NCBI RefSeq assembly: GCF_009914755.1
Contig: NC_060930.1
Source of the DNA: the human T2T-CHM13v2.0 reference genome, Homo sapiens
Length of the DNA: 64,000 nucleotides
Reading direction: 5' to 3' (one strand)
Both the position numbers and the translations under genes were made by a program. Each line of letters opens with the position of its first letter. Within the stretch, counting starts at the first letter, position 1. The notes under the pieces were generated by a model, which worked only from the letters and a program-made list of their open reading frames with translations, searched no databases and had not been told where the DNA came from. Positions 12,344 through 27,300 of this stretch are shown here, in pieces.

Positions 12344-15300
12344 GGAACGCCTTGAAGCGTATGGTAGAAAAGGAAATATCTTCCCATAAAACCTAGACAG
12401 AACCAATCTCAGAAACGACTTTGTGATGTCTGCATTCAAGTCACAGAGTTGAACATTTCTCTTGATAGAGCAGTTTTGAAACCCTCTTTCTGAAGGATCT
12501 GCAAGTGGATATTTGGAACTCCTTTGGGTCTTCGTTGGAAACGGGATTTCTTCGTATAAATCTAGACAGAAGAATTCTCCGAAACTTCTTTGGTTGTGTG
12601 CATTCAAGTCACAGAGTGGAACCTTCCTTTGGATAGAGCAGTTTGAAACGCCGTGGTTGTAGTATTTCCAAGCGGATATTAGAGCGCCTTGAGGCCTATG
12701 GTAGAAAAGGAAATATCTTCCCATAAAACCTAGACGGAAGCAATCTCAGAAACTACTGTGTGATGGCTGCATTCCACACACACGGTGGAACATTTCTCTT
12801 GATAGAGCAGTTTTGAAACACTCTTTCTGTAGAATCTGCAAGTGGATAATTGGACCGCCTTGAGGCCTTCGTTGGAAACGGGATTTCTTCATGTTACTCT
12901 AGATAGAAGAATTCTCAAACACTGCTATGTGATGTTTGCATTCAAGTCACAGAGTGCAACATTCCTCTTGGTAGAGCAGTTGGGAAACACTCCTTTTGTA
13001 GAATCTGCAATGGGATATTTGGACTTCTTTGAGGCCTTCGTTGGAAACGGGATTTCTTCGTATGAATCTAGACAGAAGAATTCTCAGAAACTTCCTTGTG
13101 ATGTGTGCATTCAACTCAGCGAGTGGCACCTTCCTTTGGATACAGCAGTTTTGAAACACTGTTTTTGTAGTATTTCCAAGCGGATATTTAGAGCGCCTTG
13201 AAGCCTATGCTAGAAATGGAAATATCTCCCCATAAAACCAAGACAGAAGCAATCTCAGAAACTAATGTGTGATGGCTGCATTCCACACACACGGTGGACC
13301 ATTTCTCTTGATAGAGCAGTTTTGAAACACTCTTTCTGTAGAATCTGCAAGTGGATAATTGGACCTCCTAGAGGCCTTCGTTGGAAACGGGATTTCTTCA
13401 TCTAAACCTACAGAGAAGAATTCTCAGTAACTTCTTCGGATGTGTGCATTCGACGCACAGAATGGAACATTCCCTTTGATAGAGCAGTTTTGAGACACCG
13501 TTTTTGTAGAATTCCCAAGTGGATATTTAGAGCACTTTGAAGTCTCTGCTAGAAAAGGAAACATCTTCATGTAAAAAGTAGATAGAATCGTTCTCAGAAA
13601 GTGCTTAGTGACGTGTGCGTTCAACTCACAGAGTTTAACGTTTCTTTTGATAGAGCGTTTCTGAAACACCCTTCTTGTAGTAGCTGCAAGTGGATATTTG
13701 GACCTATTGGAGGCCTTCTTTGGAAATGGGATTTCTTCATGTAACTCTAGATTGAAGAGTTCTCAGAAACTCCTTTGTGATGTGTGCATTCAATTCAAAG
13801 AGTGAAACCTCCCTTTTCACAGAGCAGTTTTGAAACACTGTTTTTGTAGGATTTCCAAGGGGATATTTATAGCGCATTGAGCCTACGGCGGAAAAAGAAA
13901 CATCTTCCTATAAAAACTAGACAGAATACTTCTCAGAATCTGCTTTGCGATGTGTGCGTTCAACTCACAGAGTAAAACTTTTCTTTTGATAGAGCAGTTT
14001 TGAAACACTCTTTTTGTAGTATTTGCATGTGTATATTTAGAGCGCATTGAAGCCCACAGTAGAAAAGGAAATAACTTCACCTAAAACCTAGACAGAAGCA
14101 ATCTCAGAAACTACTTTGTGATGTGTACATTCAACTCACAGAGTGGAACTTTCCTCTTTATAGAGCAGTGTTGAAACACTCTTTTTGTAGAAACTGCAAG
14201 TGGATATTTGGACCTCTTTGAGGCCTTCGTTGGAAACGGGATTTCTTCCTATAACCCTAGACAGAAGAATTTTCAGAAACCTCATTGTGATGTGTGCGTT
14301 CATCTCACAGAGTGGAGTCTTCCGTTTGATAGAGAAGTTTTGAAACCCTGTTCTTGTAGGATTTCCAAGTGGATATTTAGACCACTTTGAAGCCTATGAT
14401 AGAAAAGGAAACATCTTCATGGAAAACATAGATAGAATCATCCTCAGAAACAACTTTGTGATGTGTGCGTTGAACTCACCGTCTTTAACCTTTCTTTTGG
14501 TAGAGAAGTTTTGAAACACTCTCTTTGTAAAGTCTACAAGTGGATATTTTGAGCCCTTGGAGGCATTCTTTGGAAAAGGGAATGTCTTCACATAAAAGGC
14601 AGACGGAAGTGTTCTCAGAAACTGCTTTGTGATGTCTGTGTTCAACTCACAGAGTTTAACATTTCCTTTGATAGAGCGGTTTAGTAACCCTCTCTTTGTA
14701 GAATTTGGAAGTGTATACTAAGAGCGCTTTGAGGCCTATGGTAGAAAAGGAAATATCTTTCCATAAAAGCTAGACAGAAGCAATCTCAGAAACTCCTTTG
14801 CGATGTCTGCATTCAACTCACCGAGTGGAACATTCCTCTTGAGAGAGCAGTTTGGAAACACTCTTTCTGTAGAATCAGCTTGTTTGTATTTGGACCTCCT
14901 TGAGGCCTTCGTTGGAAACGGGTTTTCATCTTATAAACCCAGACAGAAGAATTCTCAGAGTCTTCTTTGTGATGTGTGCTTTCAACTCACCGAGATAAAG
15001 ATTTCTCTTGATAGAGCAATTTGGAAACACTCTTTTTGTAGAATTTGCAAGGGTACATTGAGAGCGCTTTCAGGCCTATGGTAGAAAAGGGAATATCTTT
15101 CCATAAAAGGTAGACAGAAGCAATCTCAGAAACTACTTTGTGATGTGTGCATTCAACTCACCGAGTGCAACGTTCCTCTTGACCGAGCAGTTTGGAAACA
15201 TTGTTTCTGTAGAATCTGCAAGTGGATATTTGGACCTCTTTGAGGCCTTCGTTGGAAACGGGATTTCTTCCTATAAACCCAGACAGAAGAATTCTCAGAG

Positions 15301-18300
15301 ACTTCTTTGTGATGTGTGAATTCAACTCACAGTGTGGATCCTTCCTTTTGATAGAGCAGTTTTGAAACCCTGTTTTTGTAGTATTTCCAAGCGGATATTT
15401 GGAACGCCTTGAAGCGTGTGGTAGAAAAGGAAATATCTTCCCATAAAACCTAGACAGAACCAATCTCAGAAACGACTTTGTGATGTCTGCATTCAAGTCA
15501 CAGAGTTGAACATTTCTCTTGATAGAGCAGTTTTGAAACCCTCTTTCTGAAGGATCTGCAAGTGGATATTTGGAACTCCTTTGGGTCTTCGTTGGAAACG
15601 GGATTTCTTCGTATAAATCTAGACAGAAGAATTCTCCGAAACTTCTTTGGTTGTGTGCATTCAAGTCACAGAGTGGAACCTTCCTTTGGATAGAGCAGTT
15701 TGAAACGCCGTGGTTGTAGTATTTCCAAGCGGATATTAGAGCGCCTTGAGGCCTATGGTAGAAAAGGAAATATCTTCCCATAAAACCTAGACGGAAGCAA
15801 TCTCAGAAACTACTGTGTGATGGCTGCATTCCACACACACGGTGGAACATTTCTCTTGATAGAGCAGTTTTGAAACACTCTTTCTGTAGAATCTGCAAGT
15901 GGATAATTGGACCGCCTTGAGGCCTTCGTTGGAAACGGGATTTCTTCATGTTACTCTAGATAGAAGAATTCTCAAACACTGCTATGTGATGTTTGCATTC
16001 AAGTCACAGAGTGCAACATTCCTCTTGGTAGAGCAGTTGGGAAACACTCCTTTTGTAGAATCTGCAATGGGATATTTGGACTTCTTTGAGGCCTTCGTTG
16101 GAAACGGGATTTCTTCGTATGAATCTAGACAGAAGAATTCTCAGAAACTTCCTTGTGATGTGTGCATTCAACTCAGCGAGTGGCACCTTCCTTTGGATAC
16201 AGCAGTTTTGAAACACTGTTTTTGTAGTATTTCCAAGCGGATATTTAGAGCGCCTTGAAGCCTATGCTAGAAATGGAAATATCTCCCCATAAAACCAAGA
16301 CAGAAGCAATCTCAGAAACTAATGTGTGATGGCTGCATTCCACACACACGGTGGACCATTTCTCTTGATAGAGCAGTTTTGAAACACTCTTTCTGTAGAA
16401 TCTGCAAGTGGATAATTGGACCTCCTAGAGGCCTTCGTTGGAAACGGGATTTCTTCATCTAAACCTACAGAGAAGAATTCTCAGTAACTTCTTCGGATGT
16501 GTGCATTCGACGCACAGAATGGAACATTCCCTTTGATAGAGCAGTTTTGAGACACCGTTTTTGTAGAATTCCCAAGTGGATATTTAGAGCACTTTGAAGT
16601 CTCTGCTAGAAAAGGAAACATCTTCATGTAAAAAGTAGATAGAATCGTTCTCAGAAAGTGCTTAGTGACGTGTGCGTTCAACTCACAGAGTTTAACGTTT
16701 CTTTTGATAGAGCGTTTCTGAAACACCCTTCTTGTAGTAGCTGCAAGTGGATATTTGGACCTATTGGAGGCCTTCTTTGGAAATGGGATTTCTTCATGTA
16801 ACTCTAGATTGAAGAGTTCTCAGAAACTCCTTTGTGATGTGTGCATTCAATTCAAAGAGTGAAACCTCCCTTTTCACAGAGCAGTTTTGAAACACTGTTT
16901 TTGTAGGATTTCCAAGGGGATATTTATAGCGCATTGAGCCTACGGCGGAAAAAGAAACATCTTCCTATAAAAACTAGACAGAATACTTCTCAGAATCTGC
17001 TTTGCGATGTGTGCGTTCAACTCACAGAGTAAAACTTTTCTTTTGATAGAGCAGTTTTGAAACACTCTTTTTGTAGTATTTGCATGTGTATATTTAGAGC
17101 GCATTGAAGCCCACAGTAGAAAAGGAAATAACTTCACCTAAAACCTAGACAGAAGCAATCTCAGAAACTACTTTGTGATGTGTACATTCAACTCACAGAG
17201 TGGAACTTTCCTCTTTATAGAGCAGTGTTGAAACACTCTTTTTGTAGAAACTGCAAGTGGATATTTGGACCTCTTTGAGGCCTTCGTTGGAAACGGGATT
17301 TCTTCCTATAACCCTAGACAGAAGAATTTTCAGAAACCTCATTGTGATGTGTGCGTTCATCTCACAGAGTGGAGTCTTCCGTTTGATAGAGAAGTTTTGA
17401 AACCCTGTTCTTGTAGGATTTCCAAGTGGATATTTAGACCACTTTGAAGCCTATGATAGAAAAGGAAACATCTTCATGGAAAACATAGATAGAATCATCC
17501 TCAGAAACAACTTTGTGATGTGTGCGTTGAACTCACCGTCTTTAACCTTTCTTTTGGTAGAGAAGTTTTGAAACACTCTCTTTGTAAAGTCTACAAGTGG
17601 ATATTTTGAGCCCTTGGAGGCATTCTTTGGAAAAGGGAATGTCTTCACATAAAAGGCAGACGGAAGTGTTCTCAGAAACTGCTTTGTGATGTCTGTGTTC
17701 AACTCACAGAGTTTAACATTTCCTTTGATAGAGCGGTTTAGTAACCCTCTCTTTGTAGAATTTGGAAGTGTATACTAAGAGCGCTTTGAGGCCTATGGTA
17801 GAAAAGGAAATATCTTTCCATAAAAGCTAGACAGAAGCAATCTCAGAAACTCCTTTGCGATGTCTGCATTCAACTCACCGAGTGGAACATTCCTCTTGAG
17901 AGAGCAGTTTGGAAACACTCTTTCTGTAGAATCAGCTTGTTTGTATTTGGACCTCCTTGAGGCCTTCGTTGGAAACGGGTTTTCATCTTATAAACCCAGA
18001 CAGAAGAATTCTCAGAGTCTTCTTTGTGATGTGTGCTTTCAACTCACCGAGATAAAGATTTCTCTTGATAGAGCAATTTGGAAACACTCTTTTTGTAGAA
18101 TTTGCAAGGGTACATTGAGAGCGCTTTCAGGCCTATGGTAGAAAAGGGAATATCTTTCCATAAAAGGTAGACAGAAGCAATCTCAGAAACTACTTTGTGA
18201 TGTGTGCATTCAACTCACCGAGTGCAACGTTCCTCTTGACTGAGCAGTTTGGAAACATTGTTTCTGTAGAATCTGCAAGTGGATATTTGGACCTCTTTGA

Positions 18301-21300
18301 GGCCTTCGTTGGAAACGGGATTTCTTCCTATAAACCCAGACAGAAGAATTCTCAGAGACTTCTTTGTGATGTGTGAATTCAACTCACAGTGTGGATCCTT
18401 CCTTTTGATAGAGCAGTTTTGAAACCCTGTTTTTGTAGTATTTCCAAGCGGATATTTGGAACGCCTTGAAGCGTATGGTAGAAAAGGAAATATCTTCCCA
18501 TAAAACCTAGACAGAACCAATCTCAGAAACGACTTTGTGATGTCTGCATTCAAGTCACAGAGTTGAACATTTCTCTTGATAGAGCAGTTTTGAAACCCTC
18601 TTTCTGAAGGATCTGCAAGTGGATATTTGGAACTCCTTTGGGTCTTCGTTGGAAACGGGATTTCTTCGTATAAATCTAGACAGAAGAATTCTCCGAAACT
18701 TCTTTGGTTGTGTGCATTCAAGTCACAGAGTGGAACCTTCCTTTGGATAGAGCAGTTTGAAACGCCGTGGTTGTAGTATTTCCAAGCGGATATTAGAGCG
18801 CCTTGAGGCCTATGGTAGAAAAGGAAATATCTTCCCATAAAACCTAGACGGAAGCAATCTCAGAAACTACTGTGTGATGGCTGCATTCCACACACACGGT
18901 GGAACATTTCTCTTGATAGAGCAGTTTTGAAACACTCTTTCTGTAGAATCTGCAAGTGGATAATTGGACCGCCTTGAGGCCTTCGTTGGAAACGGGATTT
19001 CTTCATGTTACTCTAGATAGAAGAATTCTCAAACACTGCTATGTGATGTTTGCATTCAAGTCACAGAGTGCAACATTCCTCTTGGTAGAGCAGTTGGGAA
19101 ACACTCCTTTTGTAGAATCTGCAATGGGATATTTGGACTTCTTTGAGGCCTTCGTTGGAAACGGGATTTCTTCGTATGAATCTAGACAGAAGAATTCTCA
19201 GAAACTTCCTTGTGATGTGTGCATTCAACTCAGCGAGTGGCACCTTCCTTTGGATACAGCAGTTTTGAAACACTGTTTTTGTAGTATTTCCAAGCGGATA
19301 TTTAGAGCGCCTTGAAGCCTATGCTAGAAATGGAAATATCTCCCCATAAAACCAAGACAGAAGCAATCTCAGAAACTAATGTGTGATGGCTGCATTCCAC
19401 ACACACGGTGGACCATTTCTCTTGATAGAGCAGTTTTGAAACACTCTTTCTGTAGAATCTGCAAGTGGATAATTGGACCTCCTAGAGGCCTTCGTTGGAA
19501 ACGGGATTTCTTCATCTAAACCTACAGAGAAGAATTCTCAGTAACTTCTTCGGATGTGTGCATTCGACGCACAGAATGGAACATTCCCTTTGATAGAGCA
19601 GTTTTGAGACACCGTTTTTGTAGAATTCCCAAGTGGATATTTAGAGCACTTTGAAGTCTCTGCTAGAAAAGGAAACATCTTCATGTAAAAAGTAGATAGA
19701 ATCGTTCTCAGAAAGTGCTTAGTGACGTGTGCGTTCAACTCACAGAGTTTAACATTTCTTTTGATAGAGCGTTTCTGAAACACCCTTCTTGTAGTAGCTG
19801 CAAGTGGATATTTGGACCTATTGGAGGCCTTCTTTGGAAATGGGATTTCTTCATGTAACTCTAGATTGAAGAGTTCTCAGAAACTCCTTTGTGATGTGTG
19901 CATTCAATTCAAAGAGTGAAACCTCCCTTTTCACAGAGCAGTTTTGAAACACTGTTTTTGTAGGATTTCCAAGGGGATATTTATAGCGCATTGAGCCTAC
20001 GGCGGAAAAAGAAACATCTTCCTATAAAAACTAGACAGAATACTTCTCAGAATCTGCTTTGCGATGTGTGCGTTCAACTCACAGAGTAAAACTTTTCTTT
20101 TGATAGAGCAGTTTTGAAACACTCTTTTTGTAGTATTTGCATGTGTATATTTAGAGCGCATTGAAGCCCACAGTAGAAAAGGAAATAACTTCACCTAAAA
20201 CCTAGACAGAAGCAATCTCAGAAACTACTTTGTGATGTGTACATTCAACTCACAGAGTGGAACTTTCCTCTTTATAGAGCAGTGTTGAAACACTCTTTTT
20301 GTAGAAACTGCAAGTGGATATTTGGACCTCTTTGAGGCCTTCGTTGGAAACGGGATTTCTTCCTATAACCCTAGACAGAAGAATTTTCAGAAACCTCATT
20401 GTGATGTGTGCGTTCATCTCACAGAGTGGAGTCTTCCGTTTGATAGAGAAGTTTTGAAACCCTGTTCTTGTAGGATTTCCAAGTGGATATTTAGACCACT
20501 TTGAAGCCTATGATAGAAAAGGAAACATCTTCATGGAAAACATAGATAGAATCATCCTCAGAAACAACTTTGTGATGTGTGCGTTGAACTCACCGTCTTT
20601 AACCTTTCTTTTGGTAGAGAAGTTTTGAAACACTCTCTTTGTAAAGTCTACAAGTGGATATTTTGAGCCCTTGGAGGCATTCTTTGGAAAAGGGAATGTC
20701 TTCACATAAAAGGCAGACGGAAGTGTTCTCAGAAACTGCTTTGTGATGTCTGTGTTCAACTCACAGAGTTTAACATTTCCTTTGATAGAGCGGTTTAGTA
20801 ACCCTCTCTTTGTAGAATTTGGAAGTGTATACTAAGAGCGCTTTGAGGCCTATGGTAGAAAAGGAAATATCTTTCCATAAAAGCTAGACAGAAGCAATCT
20901 CAGAAACTCCTTTGCGATGTCTGCATTCAACTCACCGAGTGGAACATTCCTCTTGAGAGAGCAGTTTGGAAACACTCTTTCTGTAGAATCAGCTTGTTTG
21001 TATTTGGACCTCCTTGAGGCCTTCGTTGGAAACGGGTTTTCATCTTATAAACCCAGACAGAAGAATTCTCAGAGTCTTCTTTGTGATGTGTGCTTTCAAC
21101 TCACCGAGATAAAGATTTCTCTTGATAGAGCAATTTGGAAACACTCTTTTTGTAGAATTTGCAAGGGTACATTGAGAGCGCTTTCAGGCCTATGGTAGAA
21201 AAGGGAATATCTTTCCATAAAAGGTAGACAGAAGCAATCTCAGAAACTACTTTGTGATGTGTGCATTCAACTCACCGAGTGCAACGTTCCTCTTGACCGA

Positions 21301-24300
21301 GCAGTTTGGAAACATTGTTTCTGTAGAATCTGCAAGTGGATATTTGGACCTCTTTGAGGCCTTCGTTGGAAACGGGATTTCTTCCTATAAACCCAGACAG
21401 AAGAATTCTCAGAGACTTCTTTGTGATGTGTGAATTCAACTCACAGTGTGGATCCTTCCTTTTGATAGAGCAGTTTTGAAACCCTGTTTTTGTAGTATTT
21501 CCAAGCGGATATTCGGAACGCCTTGAAGCGTATGGTAGAAAAGGAAATATCTTCCCATAAAACCTAGACAGAACCAATCTCAGAAACGACTTTGTGATGT
21601 CTGCATTCAAGTCACAGAGTTGAACATTTCTCTTGATAGAGCAGTTTTGAAACCCTCTTTCTGAAGGATCTGCAAGTGGATATTTGGAACTCCTTTGGGT
21701 CTTCGTTGGAAACGGGATTTCTTCGTATAAATCTAGACAGAAGAATTCTCCGAAACTTCTTTGGTTGTGTGCATTCAAGTCACAGAGTGGAACCTTCCTT
21801 TGGATAGAGCAGTTTGAAACGCCGTGGTTGTAGTATTTCCAAGCGGATATTAGAGCGCCTTGAGGCCTATGGTAGAAAAGGAAATATCTTCCCATAAAAC
21901 CTAGACGGAAGCAATCTCAGAAACTACTGTGTGATGGCTGCATTCCACACACACGGTGGAACATTTCTCTTGATAGAGCAGTTTTGAAACACTCTTTCTG
22001 TAGAATCTGCAAGTGGATAATTGGACCGCCTTGAGGCCTTCGTTGGAAACGGGATTTCTTCATGTTACTCTAGATAGAAGAATTCTCAAACACTGCTATG
22101 TGATGTTTGCATTCAAGTCACAGAGTGCAACATTCCTCTTGGTAGAGCAGTTGGGAAACACTCCTTTTGTAGAATCTGCAATGGGATATTTGGACTTCTT
22201 TGAGGCCTTCGTTGGAAACGGGATTTCTTCGTATGAATCTAGACAGAAGAATTCTCAGAAACTTCCTTGTGATGTGTGCATTCAACTCAGCGAGTGGCAC
22301 CTTCCTTTGGATACAGCAGTTTTGAAACACTGTTTTTGTAGTATTTCCAAGCGGATATTTAGAGCGCCTTGAAGCCTATGCTAGAAATGGAAATATCTCC
22401 CCATAAAACCAAGACAGAAGCAATCTCAGAAACTAATGTGTGATGGCTGCATTCCACACACACGGTGGACCATTTCTCTTGATAGAGCAGTTTTGAAACA
22501 CTCTTTCTGTAGAATCTGCAAGTGGATAATTGGACCTCCTAGAGGCCTTCGTTGGAAACGGGATTTCTTCATCTAAACCTACAGAGAAGAATTCTCAGTA
22601 ACTTCTTCGGATGTGTGCATTCGATGCACAGAATGGAACATTCCCTTTGATAGAGCAGTTTTGAGACACCGTTTTTGTAGAATTCCCAAGTGGATATTTA
22701 GAGCACTTTGAAGTCTCTGCTAGAAAAGGAAACATCTTCATGTAAAAAGTAGATAGAATCGTTCTCAGAAAGTGCTTAGTGACGTGTGCGTTCAACTCAC
22801 AGAGTTTAACGTTTCTTTTGATAGAGCGTTTCTGAAACACCCTTCTTGTAGTAGCTGCAAGTGGATATTTGGACCTATTGGAGGCCTTCTTTGGAAATGG
22901 GATTTCTTCATGTAACTCTAGATTGAAGAGTTCTCAGAAACTCCTTTGTGATGTGTGCATTCAATTCAAAGAGTGAAACCTCCCTTTTCACAGAGCAGTT
23001 TTGAAACACTGTTTTTGTAGGATTTCCAAGGGGATATTTATAGCGCATTGAGCCTACGGCGGAAAAAGAAACATCTTCCTATAAAAACTAGACAGAATAC
23101 TTCTCAGAATCTGCTTTGCGATGTGTGCGTTCAACTCACAGAGTAAAACTTTTCTTTTGATAGAGCAGTTTTGAAACACTCTTTTTGTAGTATTTGCATG
23201 TGTATATTTAGAGCGCATTGAAGCCCACAGTAGAAAAGGAAATAACTTCACCTAAAACCTAGACAGAAGCAATCTCAGAAACTACTTTGTGATGTGTACA
23301 TTCAACTCACAGAGTGGAACTTTCCTCTTTATAGAGCAGTGTTGAAACACTCTTTTTGTAGAAACTGCAAGTGGATATTTGGACCTCTTTGAGGCCTTCG
23401 TTGGAAACGGGATTTCTTCCTATAACCCTAGACAGAAGAATTTTCAGAAACCTCATTGTGATGTGTGCGTTCATCTCACAGAGTGGAGTCTTCCGTTTGA
23501 TAGAGAAGTTTTGAAACCCTGTTCTTGTAGGATTTCCAAGTGGATATTTAGACCACTTTGAAGCCTATGATAGAAAAGGAAACATCTTCATGGAAAACAT
23601 AGATAGAATCATCCTCAGAAACAACTTTGTGATGTGTGCGTTGAACTCACCGTCTTTAACCTTTCTTTTGGTAGAGAAGTTTTGAAACACTCTCTTTGTA
23701 AAGTCTACAAGTGGATATTTTGAGCCCTTGGAGGCATTCTTTGGAAAAGGGAATGTCTTCACATAAAAGGCAGACGGAAGTGTTCTCAGAAACTGCTTTG
23801 TGATGTCTGTGTTCAACTCACAGAGTTTAACATTTCCTTTGATAGAGCGGTTTAGTAACCCTCTCTTTGTAGAATTTGGAAGTGTATACTAAGAGCGCTT
23901 TGAGGCCTATGGTAGAAAAGGAAATATCTTTCCATAAAAGCTAGACAGAAGCAATCTCAGAAACTCCTTTGCGATGTCTGCATTCAACTCACCGAGTGGA
24001 ACATTCCTCTTGAGAGAGCAGTTTGGAAACACTCTTTCTGTAGAATCAGCTTGTTTGTATTTGGACCTCCTTGAGGCCTTCGTTGGAAACGGGTTTTCAT
24101 CTTATAAACCCAGACAGAAGAATTCTCAGAGTCTTCTTTGTGATGTGTGCTTTCAACTCACCGAGATAAAGATTTCTCTTGATAGAGCAATTTGGAAACA
24201 CTCTTTTTGTAGAATTTGCAAGGGTACATTGAGAGCGCTTTCAGGCCTATGGTAGAAAAGGGAATATCTTTCCATAAAAGGTAGACAGAAGCAATCTCAG

Positions 24301-27300
24301 AAACTACTTTGTGATGTGTGCATTCAACTCACCGAGTGCAACGTTCCTCTTGACTGAGCAGTTTGGAAACATTGTTTCTGTAGAATCTGCAAGTGGATAT
24401 TTGGACCTCTTTGAGGCCTTCGTTGGAAACGGGATTTCTTCCTATAAACCCAGACAGAAGAATTCTCAGAGACTTCTTTGTGATGTGTGAATTCAACTCA
24501 CAGTGTGGATCCTTCCTTTTGATAGAGCAGTTTTGAAACCCTGTTTTTGTAGTATTTCCAAGCGGATATTTGGAACGCCTTGAAGCGTATGGTAGAAAAG
24601 GAAATATCTTCCCATAAAACCTAGACAGAACCAATCTCAGAAACGACTTTGTGATGTCTGCATTCAAGTCACAGAGTTGAACATTTCTCTTGATAGAGCA
24701 GTTTTGAAACCCTCTTTCTGAAGGATCTGCAAGTGGATATTTGGAACTCCTTTGGGTCTTCGTTGGAAACGGGATTTCTTCGTATAAATCTAGACAGAAG
24801 AATTCTCCGAAACTTCTTTGGTTGTGTGCATTCAAGTCACAGAGTGGAACCTTCCTTTGGATAGAGCAGTTTGAAACGCCGTGGTTGTAGTATTTCCAAG
24901 CGGATATTAGAGCGCCTTGAGGCCTATGGTAGAAAAGGAAATATCTTCCCATAAAACCTAGACGGAAGCAATCTCAGAAACTACTGTGTGATGGCTGCAT
25001 TCCACACACACGGTGGAACATTTCTCTTGATAGAGCAGTTTTGAAACACTCTTTCTGTAGAATCTGCAAGTGGATAATTGGACCGCCTTGAGGCCTTCGT
25101 TGGAAACGGGATTTCTTCATGTTACTCTAGATAGAAGAATTCTCAAACACTGCTATGTGATGTTTGCATTCAAGTCACAGAGTGCAACATTCCTCTTGGT
25201 AGAGCAGTTGGGAAACACTCCTTTTGTAGAATCTGCAATGGGATATTTGGACTTCTTTGAGGCCTTCGTTGGAAACGGGATTTCTTCGTATGAATCTAGA
25301 CAGAAGAATTCTCAGAAACTTCCTTGTGATGTGTGCATTCAACTCAGCGAGTGGCACCTTCCTTTGGATACAGCAGTTTTGAAACACTGTTTTTGTAGTA
25401 TTTCCAAGCGGATATTTAGAGCGCCTTGAAGCCTATGCTAGAAATGGAAATATCTCCCCATAAAACCAAGACAGAAGCAATCTCAGAAACTAATGTGTGA
25501 TGGCTGCATTCCACACACACGGTGGACCATTTCTCTTGATAGAGCAGTTTTGAAACACTCTTTCTGTAGAATCTGCAAGTGGATAATTGGACCTCCTAGA
25601 GGCCTTCGTTGGAAACGGGATTTCTTCATCTAAACCTACAGAGAAGAATTCTCAGTAACTTCTTCGGATGTGTGCATTCGACGCACAGAATGGAACATTC
25701 CCTTTGATAGAGCAGTTTTGAGACACCGTTTTTGTAGAATTCCCAAGTGGATATTTAGAGCACTTTGAAGTCTCTGCTAGAAAAGGAAACATCTTCATGT
25801 AAAAAGTAGATAGAATCGTTCTCAGAAAGTGCTTAGTGACGTGTGCGTTCAACTCACAGAGTTTAACGTTTCTTTTGATAGAGCGTTTCTGAAACACCCT
25901 TCTTGTAGTAGCTGCAAGTGGATATTTGGACCTATTGGAGGCCTTCTTTGGAAATGGGATTTCTTCATGTAACTCTAGATTGAAGAGTTCTCAGAAACTC
26001 CTTTGTGATGTGTGCATTCAATTCAAAGAGTGAAACCTCCCTTTTCACAGAGCAGTTTTGAAACACTGTTTTTGTAGGATTTCCAAGGGGATATTTATAG
26101 CGCATTGAGCCTACGGCGGAAAAAGAAACATCTTCCTATAAAAACTAGACAGAATACTTCTCAGAATCTGCTTTGCGATGTGTGCGTTCAACTCACAGAG
26201 TAAAACTTTTCTTTTGATAGAGCAGTTTTGAAACACTCTTTTTGTAGTATTTGCATGTGTATATTTAGAGCGCATTGAAGCCCACAGTAGAAAAGGAAAT
26301 AACTTCACCTAAAACCTAGACAGAAGCAATCTCAGAAACTACTTTGTGATGTGTACATTCAACTCACAGAGTGGAACTTTCCTCTTTATAGAGCAGTGTT
26401 GAAACACTCTTTTTGTAGAAACTGCAAGTGGATATTTGGACCTCTTTGAGGCCTTCGTTGGAAACGGGATTTCTTCCTATAACCCTAGACAGAAGAATTT
26501 TCAGAAACCTCATTGTGATGTGTGCGTTCATCTCACAGAGTGGAGTCTTCCGTTTGATAGAGAAGTTTTGAAACCCTGTTCTTGTAGGATTTCCAAGTGG
26601 ATATTTAGACCACTTTGAAGCCTATGATAGAAAAGGAAACATCTTCATGGAAAACATAGATAGAATCATCCTCAGAAACAACTTTGTGATGTGTGCGTTG
26701 AACTCACCGTCTTTAACCTTTCTTTTGGTAGAGAAGTTTTGAAACACTCTCTTTGTAAAGTCTACAAGTGGATATTTTGAGCCCTTGGAGGCATTCTTTG
26801 GAAAAGGGAATGTCTTCACATAAAAGGCAGACGGAAGTGTTCTCAGAAACTGCTTTGTGATGTCTGTGTTCAACTCACAGAGTTTAACATTTCCTTTGAT
26901 AGAGCGGTTTAGTAACCCTCTCTTTGTAGAATTTGGAAGTGTATACTAAGAGCGCTTTGAGGCCTATGGTAGAAAAGGAAATATCTTTCCATAAAAGCTA
27001 GACAGAAGCAATCTCAGAAACTCCTTTGCGATGTCTGCATTCAACTCACCGAGTGGAACATTCCTCTTGAGAGAGCAGTTTGGAAACACTCTTTCTGTAG
27101 AATCAGCTTGTTTGTATTTGGACCTCCTTGAGGCCTTCGTTGGAAACGGGTTTTCATCTTATAAACCCAGACAGAAGAATTCTCAGAGTCTTCTTTGTGA
27201 TGTGTGCTTTCAACTCACCGAGATAAAGATTTCTCTTGATAGAGCAATTTGGAAACACTCTTTTTGTAGAATTTGCAAGGGTACATTGAGAGCGCTTTCA

